Shown: positions 48,796 through 58,747 of the stretch, in pieces
Position numbering within the stretch: position 1 is the stretch's first letter
Layout of the letters: every line of letters begins with the position of its first letter
Assembly (NCBI GenBank): GCA_030765235.1
Contig: JAVCCW010000029.1
Span: forward strand, 311,666 to 375,665
Direction: 5' to 3'
Source: Candidatus Gorgyraea atricola
GTDB taxonomy: Bacteria > Omnitrophota > Gorgyraeia > Gorgyraeales > Gorgyraeaceae
DNA: 64,000 bases
The notes under the pieces: model-generated
What the model saw: only the letters and a program-made list of their open reading frames with translations
Database searches by the model: none
Told to the model about the DNA's origin: nothing
Program-made: the position numbers and the translations under genes

Positions 48796-48973
48796 TGCAC
48801 CACTCAGACCAAGGGGGCATGGGGCTTCTTTTACGCGAGCGGGCACGGTGCTAAAGTAGACAAAACAGTCACTGACTGTTTTGTCTACTTTAGTGAGCGA
48901 GCGTAAAAAAAGAGCAAAATTTTCACGCTGGGAAAATTTTGCGTCCCCAGGACCCCTTGGTCTGGGTGGTGCA
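48796..48973. ncRNA. ~180-nt nested palindromic element / candidate structured RNA (21-bp outer stem enclosing three hairpins, one identical to the 4842-4880 hairpin)
   Basis: outer TGCACCACTCAGACCAAGGGG / CCCCTTGGTCTGGGTGGTGCA; inner cttttacgc/gcgtaaaag, aaagtagacaaaacag/ctgttttgtctacttt, gcaaaattttc/gaaaattttgc. Confidence 0.4.
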
Positions 48974-49062
48974 AGAGGTGTTATGCGATATTTAGAGTAT
49001 TGCATGTCTACAGCTTTTTTCTCTTGCCTTAATTTCTGCTCAGTGGTATATTCATAGACAAG

Positions 49063-51531
49063 ATGAAGACTATAGCTGCTATATATATTATTATAGGTGC
49101 TATACTTGTTGCGCCTTTGACACCTTTATTGGCGCAGGCAGTTGATAGCAATGACTTTATCCTTGCCAAGAAATCCTTCCAGGATGGGTTCTATGAGATC
49201 GCTGCGCGGTCGTTCGAGAAATTCATATCAAATAATCCAAGCAATGAAGGTATCATAGAGGCGCGGCTTCTCTTGGGCGAGTCGCTTGTGCACCTTGAAC
49301 GATTTAATGACGCGATAAAAGAACTCGAAGTGGTTTTGGATTCCGGGGTATCGGGTCTCATCAAGGCCGAGGCGATTTACTGGAAGGCTGAGATATATTT
49401 CAGGACCCGGGACTTTGAAAAGGCAAGAGAGCTTTACGCTAAGCTACTAAATGATCACCCTTCATCCAAATACACGCCTCACGCAGAATATTCCACAGCC
49501 TGGTCCTTATATGAAGAGAAAAAATATGACCAGGCCCTTGATAAATTTTCCGCATTTCTGTCAAACTATCCTTCAGACAAACTAAAGGACGAGGTAGAGC
49601 TGAAGATAGCAGAGACACTTCACAAGCTCAAAGAGTATAAAAAGTCCAAAGAAAAACTTACAGCCTTTATTTCAAGGCAGGATGATCCTGAAAAATTATC
49701 AAGGGCGTATTTCTTGATGGCAGAAAACTCCTACTATTTAGGCCATTACAAAGACGCGCTCCAGTCTTACGAAAAATCCTTAAGCTCAAGCTCTGATCTG
49801 GACAGAGACGTACATGCGATATATGGAAGGGCGTGGAGCTACATCAAGATGCGCAAATACGAAGACGGTCTAATGGAATTTGAAAGATTGCGGGCCTTAA
49901 ATAGAGAAGTCCCTATCATGGATTCTGTCTTGTTTGGGGAAGCAGAATCATTCATAAAGATGCAGAGATTTGAAGAAGCCATAAAGGGCTTTAATGGTAT
50001 TATAGAGAATTTTCCCAGAAGCAGGTGGGCGGCTAATGCCTATCTTGGCAAGGGCGAGGCATTGCACAGGTTAGGACTGTACGAAGATGCCGTCAAGGTC
50101 TTGCAGCAGGGGCTAAAGCTCTTCCCTTCGAGTGAATATTCAGATGATATGCGACATAATCTGGCATGGACATATTTTAAAATGGATAGGTTTGATGATG
50201 TAGTTAGAGAGTTTACCAGGGTAATAAAGGAGTCGGACAGTGATTTCTACCGCATATCCGCGTATTGCAGATTGGGTGATGTCTACGTCCAGAGAGACGA
50301 ACCCAAAAAGGCCTTAGATGTGTATGACATGGTCATTAAAGAGGCCAATGTCAATCCTGACGCAGTATTTGGTTATGTGGATTACGCGCAGTATCAAATA
50401 GGACGCATCCTTTTTAAATTAGAAAGATTTGAAGGCGCTATCCTGACATTTCAGAGCCTATTAAAGAATTATCCTGATTCAAGCAACACAGAAGATGCTA
50501 TGTTTGGTCTGGCTGTAGCGCATTTTAAAAAAGGGGCTTTTGAATCTTCGATCCGCGAGATAGAAAATTTATTGGACAAGTTTAAAAGCAGTAAATACGA
50601 ACGAGAGGCCAATTTTTATCTGGCAAAAGCGCATTATAATATTGCGAACTACAGAGAGGCGTTACGTATATTTAAGGCTATATCATCGACAGGGACTGCT
50701 TCAGAATCTTCGACCAGGGCATTTTATGAGATGGGGTGGTGCTATTATAAGACAGGGGATACCCATAAGGCCTTGGCGCACTTTGAGAATTTTATTAATA
50801 TCTACCCTGAAGATGCCTTGTCTGAGGACGCGCGTTTCTGGCTCGCAGAGCAATATGCAAATAAAAAGGCAATTGAGAAGGCTGAAAAATACTTCCGTGA
50901 TGTGATCAAGAACTATCCTGGAGGGGTATTGGCTGACGATGCAGAATACAGGCTTGCTATCATGGCTTATGAGAATGGAGACAAAAATAAAAGCATCAGG
51001 ATGTTAAATCGATTAAAGGAAAATTATCCGGAAAGCGAACTCCTTCCTGTGGCTGAGCTTAAGGTAATCGAGATATCGATCAAGAAAAAGAATTTTGTAA
51101 GGGCAAAGGAGCTCCTGGAGAAATTCATGAAGGATTATAAAGAGACATCATATATAAAGGTTGCCTCCAGGTATTTCGCAGACATATTAAGGACAGAGGG
51201 AGATATGGAAAAGGCTATAGATTATTACAAGAAGGCCCTGGATAATAGACGCGGAGATTTTAACGCGAATATACAATATCTGGTAGCAGAGCTTTACGAG
51301 GGCTTAGGCGGTCTTGATGATGCAGTCGCAGAATATATGAAGGTCGGGTATATATATCCTGATTCTACACAGACCGTTGTTAAATCTCAGCTGGCCTGCG
51401 CTAAGATATTCGAGAAACAAAAAAAATGGCAAGACGCAGAGAAGCTTTATAAAAAGGTCTCTGTGATGGAGGTCAATGAGTCGATGTATGCGAGAGAGAG
51501 ATTGGAGTGGATAAGGAGAAATAAACGCTAA
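49063..51531 (+). CDS. tetratricopeptide-repeat protein with signal peptide (822 aa)
   Basis: more than a dozen TPR-like units; precedes exbB-exbD-tonB. Confidence 0.8.
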   Translation: MKTIAAIYIIIGAILVAPLTPLLAQAVDSNDFILAKKSFQDGFYEIAARSFEKFISNNPSNEGIIEARLLLGESLVHLERFNDAIKELEVVLDSGVSGLIKAEAIYWKAEIYFRTRDFEKARELYAKLLNDHPSSKYTPHAEYSTAWSLYEEKKYDQALDKFSAFLSNYPSDKLKDEVELKIAETLHKLKEYKKSKEKLTAFISRQDDPEKLSRAYFLMAENSYYLGHYKDALQSYEKSLSSSSDLDRDVHAIYGRAWSYIKMRKYEDGLMEFERLRALNREVPIMDSVLFGEAESFIKMQRFEEAIKGFNGIIENFPRSRWAANAYLGKGEALHRLGLYEDAVKVLQQGLKLFPSSEYSDDMRHNLAWTYFKMDRFDDVVREFTRVIKESDSDFYRISAYCRLGDVYVQRDEPKKALDVYDMVIKEANVNPDAVFGYVDYAQYQIGRILFKLERFEGAILTFQSLLKNYPDSSNTEDAMFGLAVAHFKKGAFESSIREIENLLDKFKSSKYEREANFYLAKAHYNIANYREALRIFKAISSTGTASESSTRAFYEMGWCYYKTGDTHKALAHFENFINIYPEDALSEDARFWLAEQYANKKAIEKAEKYFRDVIKNYPGGVLADDAEYRLAIMAYENGDKNKSIRMLNRLKENYPESELLPVAELKVIEISIKKKNFVRAKELLEKFMKDYKETSYIKVASRYFADILRTEGDMEKAIDYYKKALDNRRGDFNANIQYLVAELYEGLGGLDDAVAEYMKVGYIYPDSTQTVVKSQLACAKIFEKQKKWQDAEKLYKKVSVMEVNESMYARERLEWIRRNKR

Positions 51532-51547
51532 GAAGGAGGGAAGGAAT

Positions 51548-52165
51548 ATGTTCGAACTAATCCAAAAAGGTGGACCAGTGATGTACCCTATTGCATTGTG
51601 TTCAGTATTGGCTTTTGCCATAGTGATAGAGAGATTTTATTATCTTTACAAGGCAAAGATAGATACAAGAGATTTCATGAGCAACATAGAGATCACCATA
51701 AAGCGCAATAGGATAGCAGAGGCGATAAAGATCTGTGAAAAGACATCAGGCCCTATCGCCCATATAATCAAGGCAGGGATCTTAAAGCATGATAGGTCCA
51801 GGCAGGAGATAAGAGAATCTATTGAAGATGCTGGACATCAGGAAGTCCCGAGACTTGAAAGACACATAAGCCTTCTAGCAACAATAGCGCATATTGCGCC
51901 GCTTTTGGGACTATTGGGTACTGTTACAGGGATGGTCAGGGCATTTCAGATAATCCAGGAGAAATCTGTTTCATTTAATCCTGTGAGCCCTGGAGATTTA
52001 GCAGGCGGCATATGGGAGGCGCTTTTGACTACAGTAGCTGGTCTTATCGTTGCTATTCCTACAGTCGTGGCGTACAACTACATGGTTAGCAGAATCGAGG
52101 AGTTTGTACTTGAGATGGAACGCAGCGCAACAGAAGTGACAGATATGCTGTCACAGAGAGCGTAA
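51548..52165 (+). CDS. exbB: MotA/TolQ/ExbB proton-channel family protein
   Basis: MFELIQKGGPVMYPIALCSVLAFAIVIERF start and three TM helices. Confidence 0.85.
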   Translation: MFELIQKGGPVMYPIALCSVLAFAIVIERFYYLYKAKIDTRDFMSNIEITIKRNRIAEAIKICEKTSGPIAHIIKAGILKHDRSRQEIRESIEDAGHQEVPRLERHISLLATIAHIAPLLGLLGTVTGMVRAFQIIQEKSVSFNPVSPGDLAGGIWEALLTTVAGLIVAIPTVVAYNYMVSRIEEFVLEMERSATEVTDMLSQRA

Positions 52166-52180
52166 ACAAGGAGTTCTACT

Positions 52181-52582
52181 ATGAGATTTAAACGTCATGT
52201 CCAATTCAAAAAAGGTCATCTAGATATTGCGCCGCTTATTGATTGTATCTTTCTGCTTCTGATATTCTTTCTTCTGACATCAAATTTTATATTTCAGCCA
52301 GGAATAAAGATAGATCTTCCAAAGGCAGTAACAAGCGAAGTCGTGCAGGAGAATACACTGGTGATCACAGTAACATCGGATAACAGGTTTTATCTGAACG
52401 AGGCGCCCATAACCTTTGCTGAGTTAAAGAGTAAATTAAAGCGTATAGCTGGCAAGGACAAACCTATTTTAATAAAATCAGATAGGGATGTCGCATTAGG
52501 CAAGGTAGTGGGTATCTGGGATTTTTGCAGGGATATAGGTGTTACGCAGGTAAATATAGCAACGAACCAGGAAGTTAGATAG
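52181..52582 (+). CDS. exbD: ExbD/TolR biopolymer transport protein
   Basis: DIAPLIDCIFLLLIFFLLTS TM region; 133 aa. Confidence 0.85.
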   Translation: MRFKRHVQFKKGHLDIAPLIDCIFLLLIFFLLTSNFIFQPGIKIDLPKAVTSEVVQENTLVITVTSDNRFYLNEAPITFAELKSKLKRIAGKDKPILIKSDRDVALGKVVGIWDFCRDIGVTQVNIATNQEVR

Positions 52583-52589
52583 AGATGCA

Positions 52590-52716
52590 TAAATCCCAAA
52601 TCCCAATAATACCAATACTACCAAATAAATCCCAATCTCCAAATCCCAAACATGGTTTTGGATTTGGGATTTTGGATTTATTTGGGATTTGGTAGTATTG
52701 GGATTTGGGATTTTTT
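52590..52716. repeat. ~125-nt imperfect palindrome built of AATCCCA heptamer repeats (arms ~60 nt) ending in a T-run, between exbD and tonB
   Basis: aatcccaaatcccaataataccaatactaccaaataaatcccaatctccaaatcccaaa-catgg-ttttggatttgggattttggatttatttgggatttggtagtattgggatttgggatttttt. Confidence 0.65.
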
Positions 52717-52720
52717 AAAT

Positions 52721-53377
52721 ATGTTACTAAAAGACCGAAATCTAAACATTGCGATAATAGTATCCGCATCGTGGCATCTTGTCTGCATGTTCTCAGTAAG
52801 CCCTGTGCTTATATCGCCAGACATAAGAAAGGACTATGCAGCTGTTTCGTTCCTGGGCTCTATTTTAGAGAAGGTCAAACCTCTCCCGGAAAAATCAATA
52901 GATCTCGATAAGAGTTCTTTTGTAGAAAAACTAGAAGAGAGAAAGACAGTTCACTTAGATGATTTTGAGCTTGGTTTACCAGAGGTATTTTCAAGGTCTG
53001 CGCAGGCCAAGTCAGATAAAGAAGAAATTGATCTTTCAGTAAAGAAAGATGTTGGCTTTATTTCGGAACTGTATTCTAGTGATAGAGGAAAGAGGAGGCT
53101 TCGTTTTAAGGATGCCTTGGTTGGCGGCGATGCTAAAAATAGAACCCTGTTATATAAACCGGATTTACCAAAGTTACCATATTTACTCTCTGGTTTTTAT
53201 GAGGCGACTATCAGGTTTATAGTGTCAAAAGATGGCATCCTCAGAGATCCAGAGTGTATTGTCTCCAGTGGTTCTTCTGAGATAGATCAGCTTGCTATAA
53301 GATACATAAGAAGGTGGCAATTCGCGCCGCATGATGAGGATCAAGAGGGCATTGTGAGGATTAAATTTGGTGACTAG
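52721..53377 (+). CDS. tonB: energy transducer TonB-like protein
   Basis: N-terminal TM anchor IAIIVSASWHLVCMF; C-terminal RFIVSKDG...IRYIRRWQFAP resembles the TonB C-terminal domain; start moved to ATG 52721 because 52652 lies inside the palindrome. Confidence 0.65.
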   Translation: MLLKDRNLNIAIIVSASWHLVCMFSVSPVLISPDIRKDYAAVSFLGSILEKVKPLPEKSIDLDKSSFVEKLEERKTVHLDDFELGLPEVFSRSAQAKSDKEEIDLSVKKDVGFISELYSSDRGKRRLRFKDALVGGDAKNRTLLYKPDLPKLPYLLSGFYEATIRFIVSKDGILRDPECIVSSGSSEIDQLAIRYIRRWQFAPHDEDQEGIVRIKFGD

Positions 53378-53383
53378 TGACCT

Positions 53384-53617
53384 ATGGTAAGAATAGAATT
53401 CTCATTAGCTATTTCGCTATATCTTATTATAACAATATGCGTGATCTTGGCGGCGTGGATAATATGCGAAAAGAAAAAGACACTAGAATTATTTTCTTCC
53501 GAAAAGAATTTTTTCTGGCAATGCGATATATGCACTTATGTATATGTTGACAGTAGGCATGCTGCTATTTCAACATGTCCCAGGTGCGGGAGTTATAACA
53601 AGAAAGCTGACAGCTGA
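53384..53617 (+). CDS. small membrane-anchored zinc-ribbon protein
   Basis: one TM helix then CDIC...CPRCG; stop codon embedded in an AGCTGA heptamer repeat. Confidence 0.45.
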   Translation: MVRIEFSLAISLYLIITICVILAAWIICEKKKTLELFSSEKNFFWQCDICTYVYVDSRHAAISTCPRCGSYNKKADS

Positions 53618-53639
53618 TAGCTGAAAGCTGATAGCTAGC
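53604..53639 (+). repeat. tandem heptamer repeat (AGCTGAN)x5 overlapping the stop codon of the zinc-ribbon gene
   Basis: aagctgacagctgatagctgaaagctgatagctagc. Confidence 0.6.
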
Positions 53640-53651
53640 AAGGAGGTATAT

Positions 53652-53918
53652 ATGGCAGAAGCAAAAGCAAGGGCAGAAGAGAAGCTGCCTATTGGTCCAC
53701 CTTTAAAGGTGCTGGACTACAGGACCATAAGCAAGGGTTTTGGCTGGTGGTCAGCAGTGGTTCTGATCGAGTCATGGGGCAATAAGAGATTATGTCTTTA
53801 CCTATGGCAAAAATCAGACACTGGCTGGAAAAGAAAACAGAAGTATACCATACACAGTCAGGAACGCTGGCGCTTGATCCTAGGGTCGATAGAAGAATTG
53901 ATAGGCGATTTACAATAA
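53652..53918 (+). CDS. hypothetical small protein (88 aa)
   Basis: AGGAGG Shine-Dalgarno 6 nt upstream; no recognised domain. Confidence 0.4.
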   Translation: MAEAKARAEEKLPIGPPLKVLDYRTISKGFGWWSAVVLIESWGNKRLCLYLWQKSDTGWKRKQKYTIHSQERWRLILGSIEELIGDLQ

Positions 53919-53945
53919 TCGCGGAATCTACGCGCAAGGTATTAT

Positions 53946-54353
53946 ATGTTGAATATAAATAACAATAAGGGTGTAGCCTTGTTTATAAGCTTAGCTTTAC
54001 TGTTGCTGCTGTCTACAGGCGCAATAGTATTTCTTTTGACAGCATATAACTCTGTAAATATCAATGAGGCTATTGCAAGAAAAAAGCGAGCTATCATTGT
54101 AGCAGAAGCAGGCATTAACTATGCCTATTGGAAGATCCGGATTAACGAAGATGATGCTGGAGACCCCATGAGCGACTATTTCCCTTCCCCTGGCACTTGT
54201 ACATTCACAACAGAAGATACCCCTCCAGATATTCCTATTTCCCTGTTGCCAGGTTGGACTTTACAGGTCGATGTAGTTGATTTAGTAGGCACTGGCCGCA
54301 AGACAATAAACTCAACTGTTACCTATCCCAAGTCATCCGTTTTTAGCCCATAA
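53946..54353 (+). CDS. PilX-like type IV pilus minor pilin/assembly protein
   Basis: N-terminus NNKGVALFISLALLLLLSTGAIVFLL resembles the PilX_N hydrophobic segment. Confidence 0.5.
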   Translation: MLNINNNKGVALFISLALLLLLSTGAIVFLLTAYNSVNINEAIARKKRAIIVAEAGINYAYWKIRINEDDAGDPMSDYFPSPGTCTFTTEDTPPDIPISLLPGWTLQVDVVDLVGTGRKTINSTVTYPKSSVFSP

Positions 54354-54487
54354 AAATCTAATTACATAACTCATTTATTTATATATAGTTATGTATCCTT
54401 TCCAGCTCCCTACCTTGACAAAGTAAGTTCCTTATGGTATATTTTATTTCACCTAACTCTAGGTAAGTGCATTAGGGGGTGTTATAG

Positions 54488-54676
54488 ATGACTAGACTCA
54501 TGGATACTGATGAATTGGCCAGATATCTTAAGTTGGAAAAGCAGACTATTTATAATTGGCTTCATCAAAAGAAGATTTCAGGCATAAAGGTTGGACATGT
54601 CTGGAGATTTGATAAGCGGTCAATTGATAAATGGTTGTCTTCCAATCTGATCGAGGCCAAAGCAAAGGTAAAATAA
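54488..54676 (+). CDS. excisionase-family helix-turn-helix DNA-binding protein
   Basis: TDELARYLKLEKQTIYNWLHQKKISGIKVGHVWRF matches the HTH_17 (MerR/excisionase-type) pattern. Confidence 0.65.
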   Translation: MTRLMDTDELARYLKLEKQTIYNWLHQKKISGIKVGHVWRFDKRSIDKWLSSNLIEAKAKVK

Positions 54677-54689
54677 ACAGGGATCTGCT

Positions 54690-56303
54690 ATGAATAAGAA
54701 TCTCCTGGCTATTACAAAACAGGTAGTAGGTCTATATGTAAGTAATGATACTGTAGATCTCGTTGTGCTTAAGGGGACCTTAAAAGGTCCAAAACTTGTT
54801 AAGTTTGGCCAGACAGCTATATATCCAAAGAAACAAGAAGCTCAGGCAGCAGTGGTCGAGTCTCAGGATGATGCTGCGCCTTTGGCAAGCAAGCTCTCCC
54901 AGCAAAAGACGGAAGAAAAAACCAGGGATGACTATGTAGTCGAGGCTATACAAAGAGTTTTCAGGGACAACAATGTCAAGCCAGGTAATGTAGTCACTGC
55001 TATTTCGAGCGAAGAAACAATGGTGCGCTATTTTCAAATGCCGAAGATACCAAAACAGGAATGGTCATCAGCAATAAATTTTGAGGCAAAGCGCTATATC
55101 CCTTTCCGCATGGAGGATGTGGCTTCAGATTTTCAGGTGATAAAAGGGTCGTCTTCCGATAGCAGTATGGATGTTGTATTTGCCGCAGTGAAGCAAAAGG
55201 CAATAGCAGACTTTGTAAGCCTGATCGAACGCGCAGGCGTGAAACCTGTTATTGTAGAACCATCGCCTTTTAGTCTTATAAGGGCCTTTAATGCAGCTGA
55301 ACAGATAAGCAATAAGGTAAATACCGCAATCGTCAATATAACTACGAATTCAGCAAATATAACCATACTTAGAAACGGAGTCCCATATATAATTAGAGAT
55401 ATTCCTCTTGACGAGAGCGCCCCGGGCGATGGCTCGCTTGATCCTGTATTTGAAAAGCTCCTTTCTGAGATAAGGTTGTCATTTGATTTTTATGAGAAGC
55501 AATTTCCATCAGAGGTGATCGACAAGATAATCATCTATAGCCAATTACCCATTGAGAACTGGCATGAATTAGTAGGCAAGGAACTGCAGATACCTGTAGA
55601 GGTTGGTGATCCGCTGAGGGGGGTAAGGGTTAAAAAAGATATAGTGCCTCCTAAACTCGCTATTGCCTTTGGCCTTGCGCTCAGAGGTCTTTCAGAAACT
55701 TTTATAGGAGTGAATCTATGTAAAGAAAGGCTGCTTGTTTATAAGCATAAAGAGATATTCTTAAGGACCGCATTTCTCGAGGCGTCTGCTGCAATATTGT
55801 TGCTGATAATATTAAGGGTGATATGCATGAAGATGATAGCCCCGCTTCCAAAGGAGCTCGATCGTACTTTATCTGAAAGGCCAAAGGTCGAGGTCAATAT
55901 AAAGGATAGTTCTATAGATACTTTAGAGAGAATGAAGAATGAGATGGAGGCAAAGAGGCATTTGATGGAGAATATCATCTTGAGCAGGACATATTTTACG
56001 GATAGATTAGTAGAATTAGCAGAGTTGATACCCAAGGACGTATGGCTTACTGAGATAGATTTTGAAGAGAAGATAGATAAAAAGAATGTGTCTAAGATTT
56101 CCAGAAGGCTCAGTCTCAGAGGCTACTGCATAATCGGCGAGAATAAAAATGAGGCAGATACTGTCAATAATTTTTTGATAGATTTAAAACAGAGTACTGC
56201 CATACAGAATGGTATGACGAGGGCGGATATCGTGTCTGTTGAGAAGACAGAGATACGAGGAGAAGGGGCAGCGAGTTTCGAGATATTATTCATTGGCCCG
56301 TGA
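54690..56303 (+). CDS. pilMN: type IV pilus assembly PilM-PilN fusion protein
   Basis: actin-like PilM N-terminus (FEAKRYIPFRMEDVASDFQV); C-terminal IGVNLCKERLL + TM helix + coiled-coil region typical of PilN; 537 aa. Confidence 0.7.
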   Translation: MNKNLLAITKQVVGLYVSNDTVDLVVLKGTLKGPKLVKFGQTAIYPKKQEAQAAVVESQDDAAPLASKLSQQKTEEKTRDDYVVEAIQRVFRDNNVKPGNVVTAISSEETMVRYFQMPKIPKQEWSSAINFEAKRYIPFRMEDVASDFQVIKGSSSDSSMDVVFAAVKQKAIADFVSLIERAGVKPVIVEPSPFSLIRAFNAAEQISNKVNTAIVNITTNSANITILRNGVPYIIRDIPLDESAPGDGSLDPVFEKLLSEIRLSFDFYEKQFPSEVIDKIIIYSQLPIENWHELVGKELQIPVEVGDPLRGVRVKKDIVPPKLAIAFGLALRGLSETFIGVNLCKERLLVYKHKEIFLRTAFLEASAAILLLIILRVICMKMIAPLPKELDRTLSERPKVEVNIKDSSIDTLERMKNEMEAKRHLMENIILSRTYFTDRLVELAELIPKDVWLTEIDFEEKIDKKNVSKISRRLSLRGYCIIGENKNEADTVNNFLIDLKQSTAIQNGMTRADIVSVEKTEIRGEGAASFEILFIGP

Positions 56304-56307
56304 TATT

Positions 56308-56856
56308 ATGAAAAAACCTGCGACCAAAAAAATAAGCAAGACCCTTATACTGACTGCAGTAGTAGTTGTCGTCACGCTGTTTATCGGTATAGTATTTATT
56401 TTTATACCGTTTTTAAGTAAAAGCAGGTCCTTTAGGGCTGATATATTGCAGGAAAGGGACAGAAATATTCTTATTGGCACAGTGAGGGCGCTTGACAAGC
56501 ACCTGAAGGTTTACGAAAAAAGGCTGCCAGAAGGAAGGGGTGTTTCATGGCTTTTGAGCCAGATCTCTGATATGGCGGCAGAAGAAGGCATAGATATGGC
56601 TTCTATAAAACCAGGTACGCCAGAGAAAAGAGGCCTATACACTAAATTATATGTAGAAATGGATATTACCTCTACGTATCATCAGCTTGGCAGGTTTATA
56701 TCTAAGGTTGAATCGTCAGAGAAATTCTTAAGAGTCGAACGTATCAATACAAAGAGGCTTGACGAGAATGCGGATTTTGAGGCAGGCGATTCAAAGGTCA
56801 AGGCCTTTGACACGAAGTCACACATTGTGATCAGCATGGTAGTTTTAAAGGAATAA
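56308..56856 (+). CDS. pilO: type IV pilus assembly protein PilO
   Basis: N-terminal TM helix and periplasmic domain; position after pilMN; start ATG 56308. Confidence 0.55.
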   Translation: MKKPATKKISKTLILTAVVVVVTLFIGIVFIFIPFLSKSRSFRADILQERDRNILIGTVRALDKHLKVYEKRLPEGRGVSWLLSQISDMAAEEGIDMASIKPGTPEKRGLYTKLYVEMDITSTYHQLGRFISKVESSEKFLRVERINTKRLDENADFEAGDSKVKAFDTKSHIVISMVVLKE

Positions 56857-56857
56857 A

Positions 56858-57343
56858 ATGGCTGAGATGAATCTGAAAAAACAACAGATAGAATATATAG
56901 GCGTAGGCGCTCTTGTGCTTGTGGCGCTTTTAATCGGCCTTACAAGGTTTAAGAAGGGCGACAACAATGACGAGGTTTTTTCCAGAAAGGAATTTAATGA
57001 GAAGTGGGCCGAGGTAGAGGTATTAGAGGCAAAGGTTCCGGAAGAGGAAAGCGGCGTGGCTTATTTAGCTGGAACAGGAAGGGTGCCGTTCAAGAGTCCA
57101 TTGGAGGAAGAGGCAGTAAGCGTGGAAGATGAAAGCGCGATTCTTCCTGAGATGAAGTTTCAGGGCATGGTGTGGAGCAGCATAAGGCCGCAGGCTATAA
57201 TAGATGATAAACTTTATGATGTGGATGATGTAATAGAGGTAGGTCTGGGAGAGACCAAATCTCAAGTTAAAATTAAAGATATTACCAGGACTGGAATACG
57301 TTTAAGGTTTAAGGGTAAAGATTTTATTGTTAGGCCCAAATAA
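56858..57343 (+). CDS. type IV pilus assembly protein PilP-like
   Basis: small protein with N-terminal anchor immediately upstream of the secretin; assignment mainly by position. Confidence 0.4.
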   Translation: MAEMNLKKQQIEYIGVGALVLVALLIGLTRFKKGDNNDEVFSRKEFNEKWAEVEVLEAKVPEEESGVAYLAGTGRVPFKSPLEEEAVSVEDESAILPEMKFQGMVWSSIRPQAIIDDKLYDVDDVIEVGLGETKSQVKIKDITRTGIRLRFKGKDFIVRPK

Positions 57344-57357
57344 CAAAGGAGGTCATT

Positions 57358-58746
57358 ATGAAGATAGTAAGACTTATCATCGCCATTATATTTAGTATTT
57401 TTATGTCATCATCTTCGATTGCTGCGAAAGTAGGGGCAAGTCCTGGAAACCTGATTTCCATGGATTTTCAGGATGCAAATCTAAAGACTGTCCTTAAGTT
57501 ATTTTCACAACAATCAGGACTTAATTTTGTCGCAGGCCAGAATATAAAGGCCAGGACAGTCACGATTTATTTTGATGGTGTCACAGTGGAAGATGCCTTG
57601 AATCATATTATGAGCGCAAATAACCTTGTCTATGAACAAGAGCCTGGCAGTAATATATTTATAGTCAAGGAATCCGTGAAACCAAAGGTCGAGACATTGA
57701 CTAAGATATACGAGTTAAAGTATGCGCAGTTAGCACCTCCTCCGACAGAAGCAGGGGAATCAAAACAGGACGCGGAGATAGTTAAAGTTATAGAGGACAT
57801 TCTGAGTAAAGATGGCAAGGTTATAGCTGATAAAAGATCCAACAGCCTTATTATAAAGGAGATGCCGAGCCAGTTTGCTATTATTGAGGATGTGCTGGCA
57901 AGGCTTGATGTAAGGACATCTCAGGTCATGATAGAGGTGGAGATAATAGAGACTACAACAACTGTTGCTGATAGATTGGGCATACAATGGTCAGGTACGT
58001 TTGGTGCATACGCAGGTCCTGCGTTGACTACCAGGTGGCCTTTAAAGGGAGCGCTTGTAGATAAGGATCTTATCACAGGAACTGGCGGCACCATGACTTT
58101 CGCTAGTACTACTGCTACGATGAGGGCTATATTGAGCGATACAGATTCCAGAGTTTTGGCAAGACCCAAAATACTTACATTGAATAATGAAACAGCATTG
58201 ATAGAACTTACTGCTCAGACAGCTGTTGCCAGTATGACGAGTACTACAGATACTGGCTCTACGTCAACCACATCCACTCAGGCAGAGAGGATAGATACAG
58301 GCATAACATTAGAGGTCACACCACAGATAAATAAAGGTGGTTATATCACTATGCATATAGAGCCCACTGTTATAGTGCCAGTATTGTCAACGTATTTCAC
58401 GACAGAAGGCAGCAAATTTGTAGATCCACAGAAAAGAAGCGCGAAGACTACGGTTATGGTCAGGGATGGCGAGACCATTATTATAGGAGGCTTGATATCC
58501 AGGGAAGATAGCTATGGAAAGACCAAGATCCCGTTTCTTGGGGATCTACCTTTAATAGGAGCTGCATTTCGTTATAAATCCAAGGATGAATTAGATAAAG
58601 AACTCTTGATATTTATCACACCTCATGTAGCGGATGACAGCGCATATAAGCTGGCAAATATCTCTGAGCGCGAACAGGAAAAACCAAAGGCTGTGAGAGA
58701 AAAAGAGATAAAGACGATATTAGATCTATTAGGGGAAGAAAAATAG
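57358..58746 (+). CDS. pilQ: type IV pilus secretin PilQ
   Basis: secretin C-terminal signature GDLPLIGAAFRYKSKDELDKELLIFITPHV; signal peptide. Confidence 0.8.
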   Translation: MKIVRLIIAIIFSIFMSSSSIAAKVGASPGNLISMDFQDANLKTVLKLFSQQSGLNFVAGQNIKARTVTIYFDGVTVEDALNHIMSANNLVYEQEPGSNIFIVKESVKPKVETLTKIYELKYAQLAPPPTEAGESKQDAEIVKVIEDILSKDGKVIADKRSNSLIIKEMPSQFAIIEDVLARLDVRTSQVMIEVEIIETTTTVADRLGIQWSGTFGAYAGPALTTRWPLKGALVDKDLITGTGGTMTFASTTATMRAILSDTDSRVLARPKILTLNNETALIELTAQTAVASMTSTTDTGSTSTTSTQAERIDTGITLEVTPQINKGGYITMHIEPTVIVPVLSTYFTTEGSKFVDPQKRSAKTTVMVRDGETIIIGGLISREDSYGKTKIPFLGDLPLIGAAFRYKSKDELDKELLIFITPHVADDSAYKLANISEREQEKPKAVREKEIKTILDLLGEEK

Positions 58747-58747
58747 A

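Noticed and set aside
50642-50905. + strand 87-aa ORF inside the TPR gene
   Set aside because: Alternative frame inside a well-supported 822-aa TPR protein.
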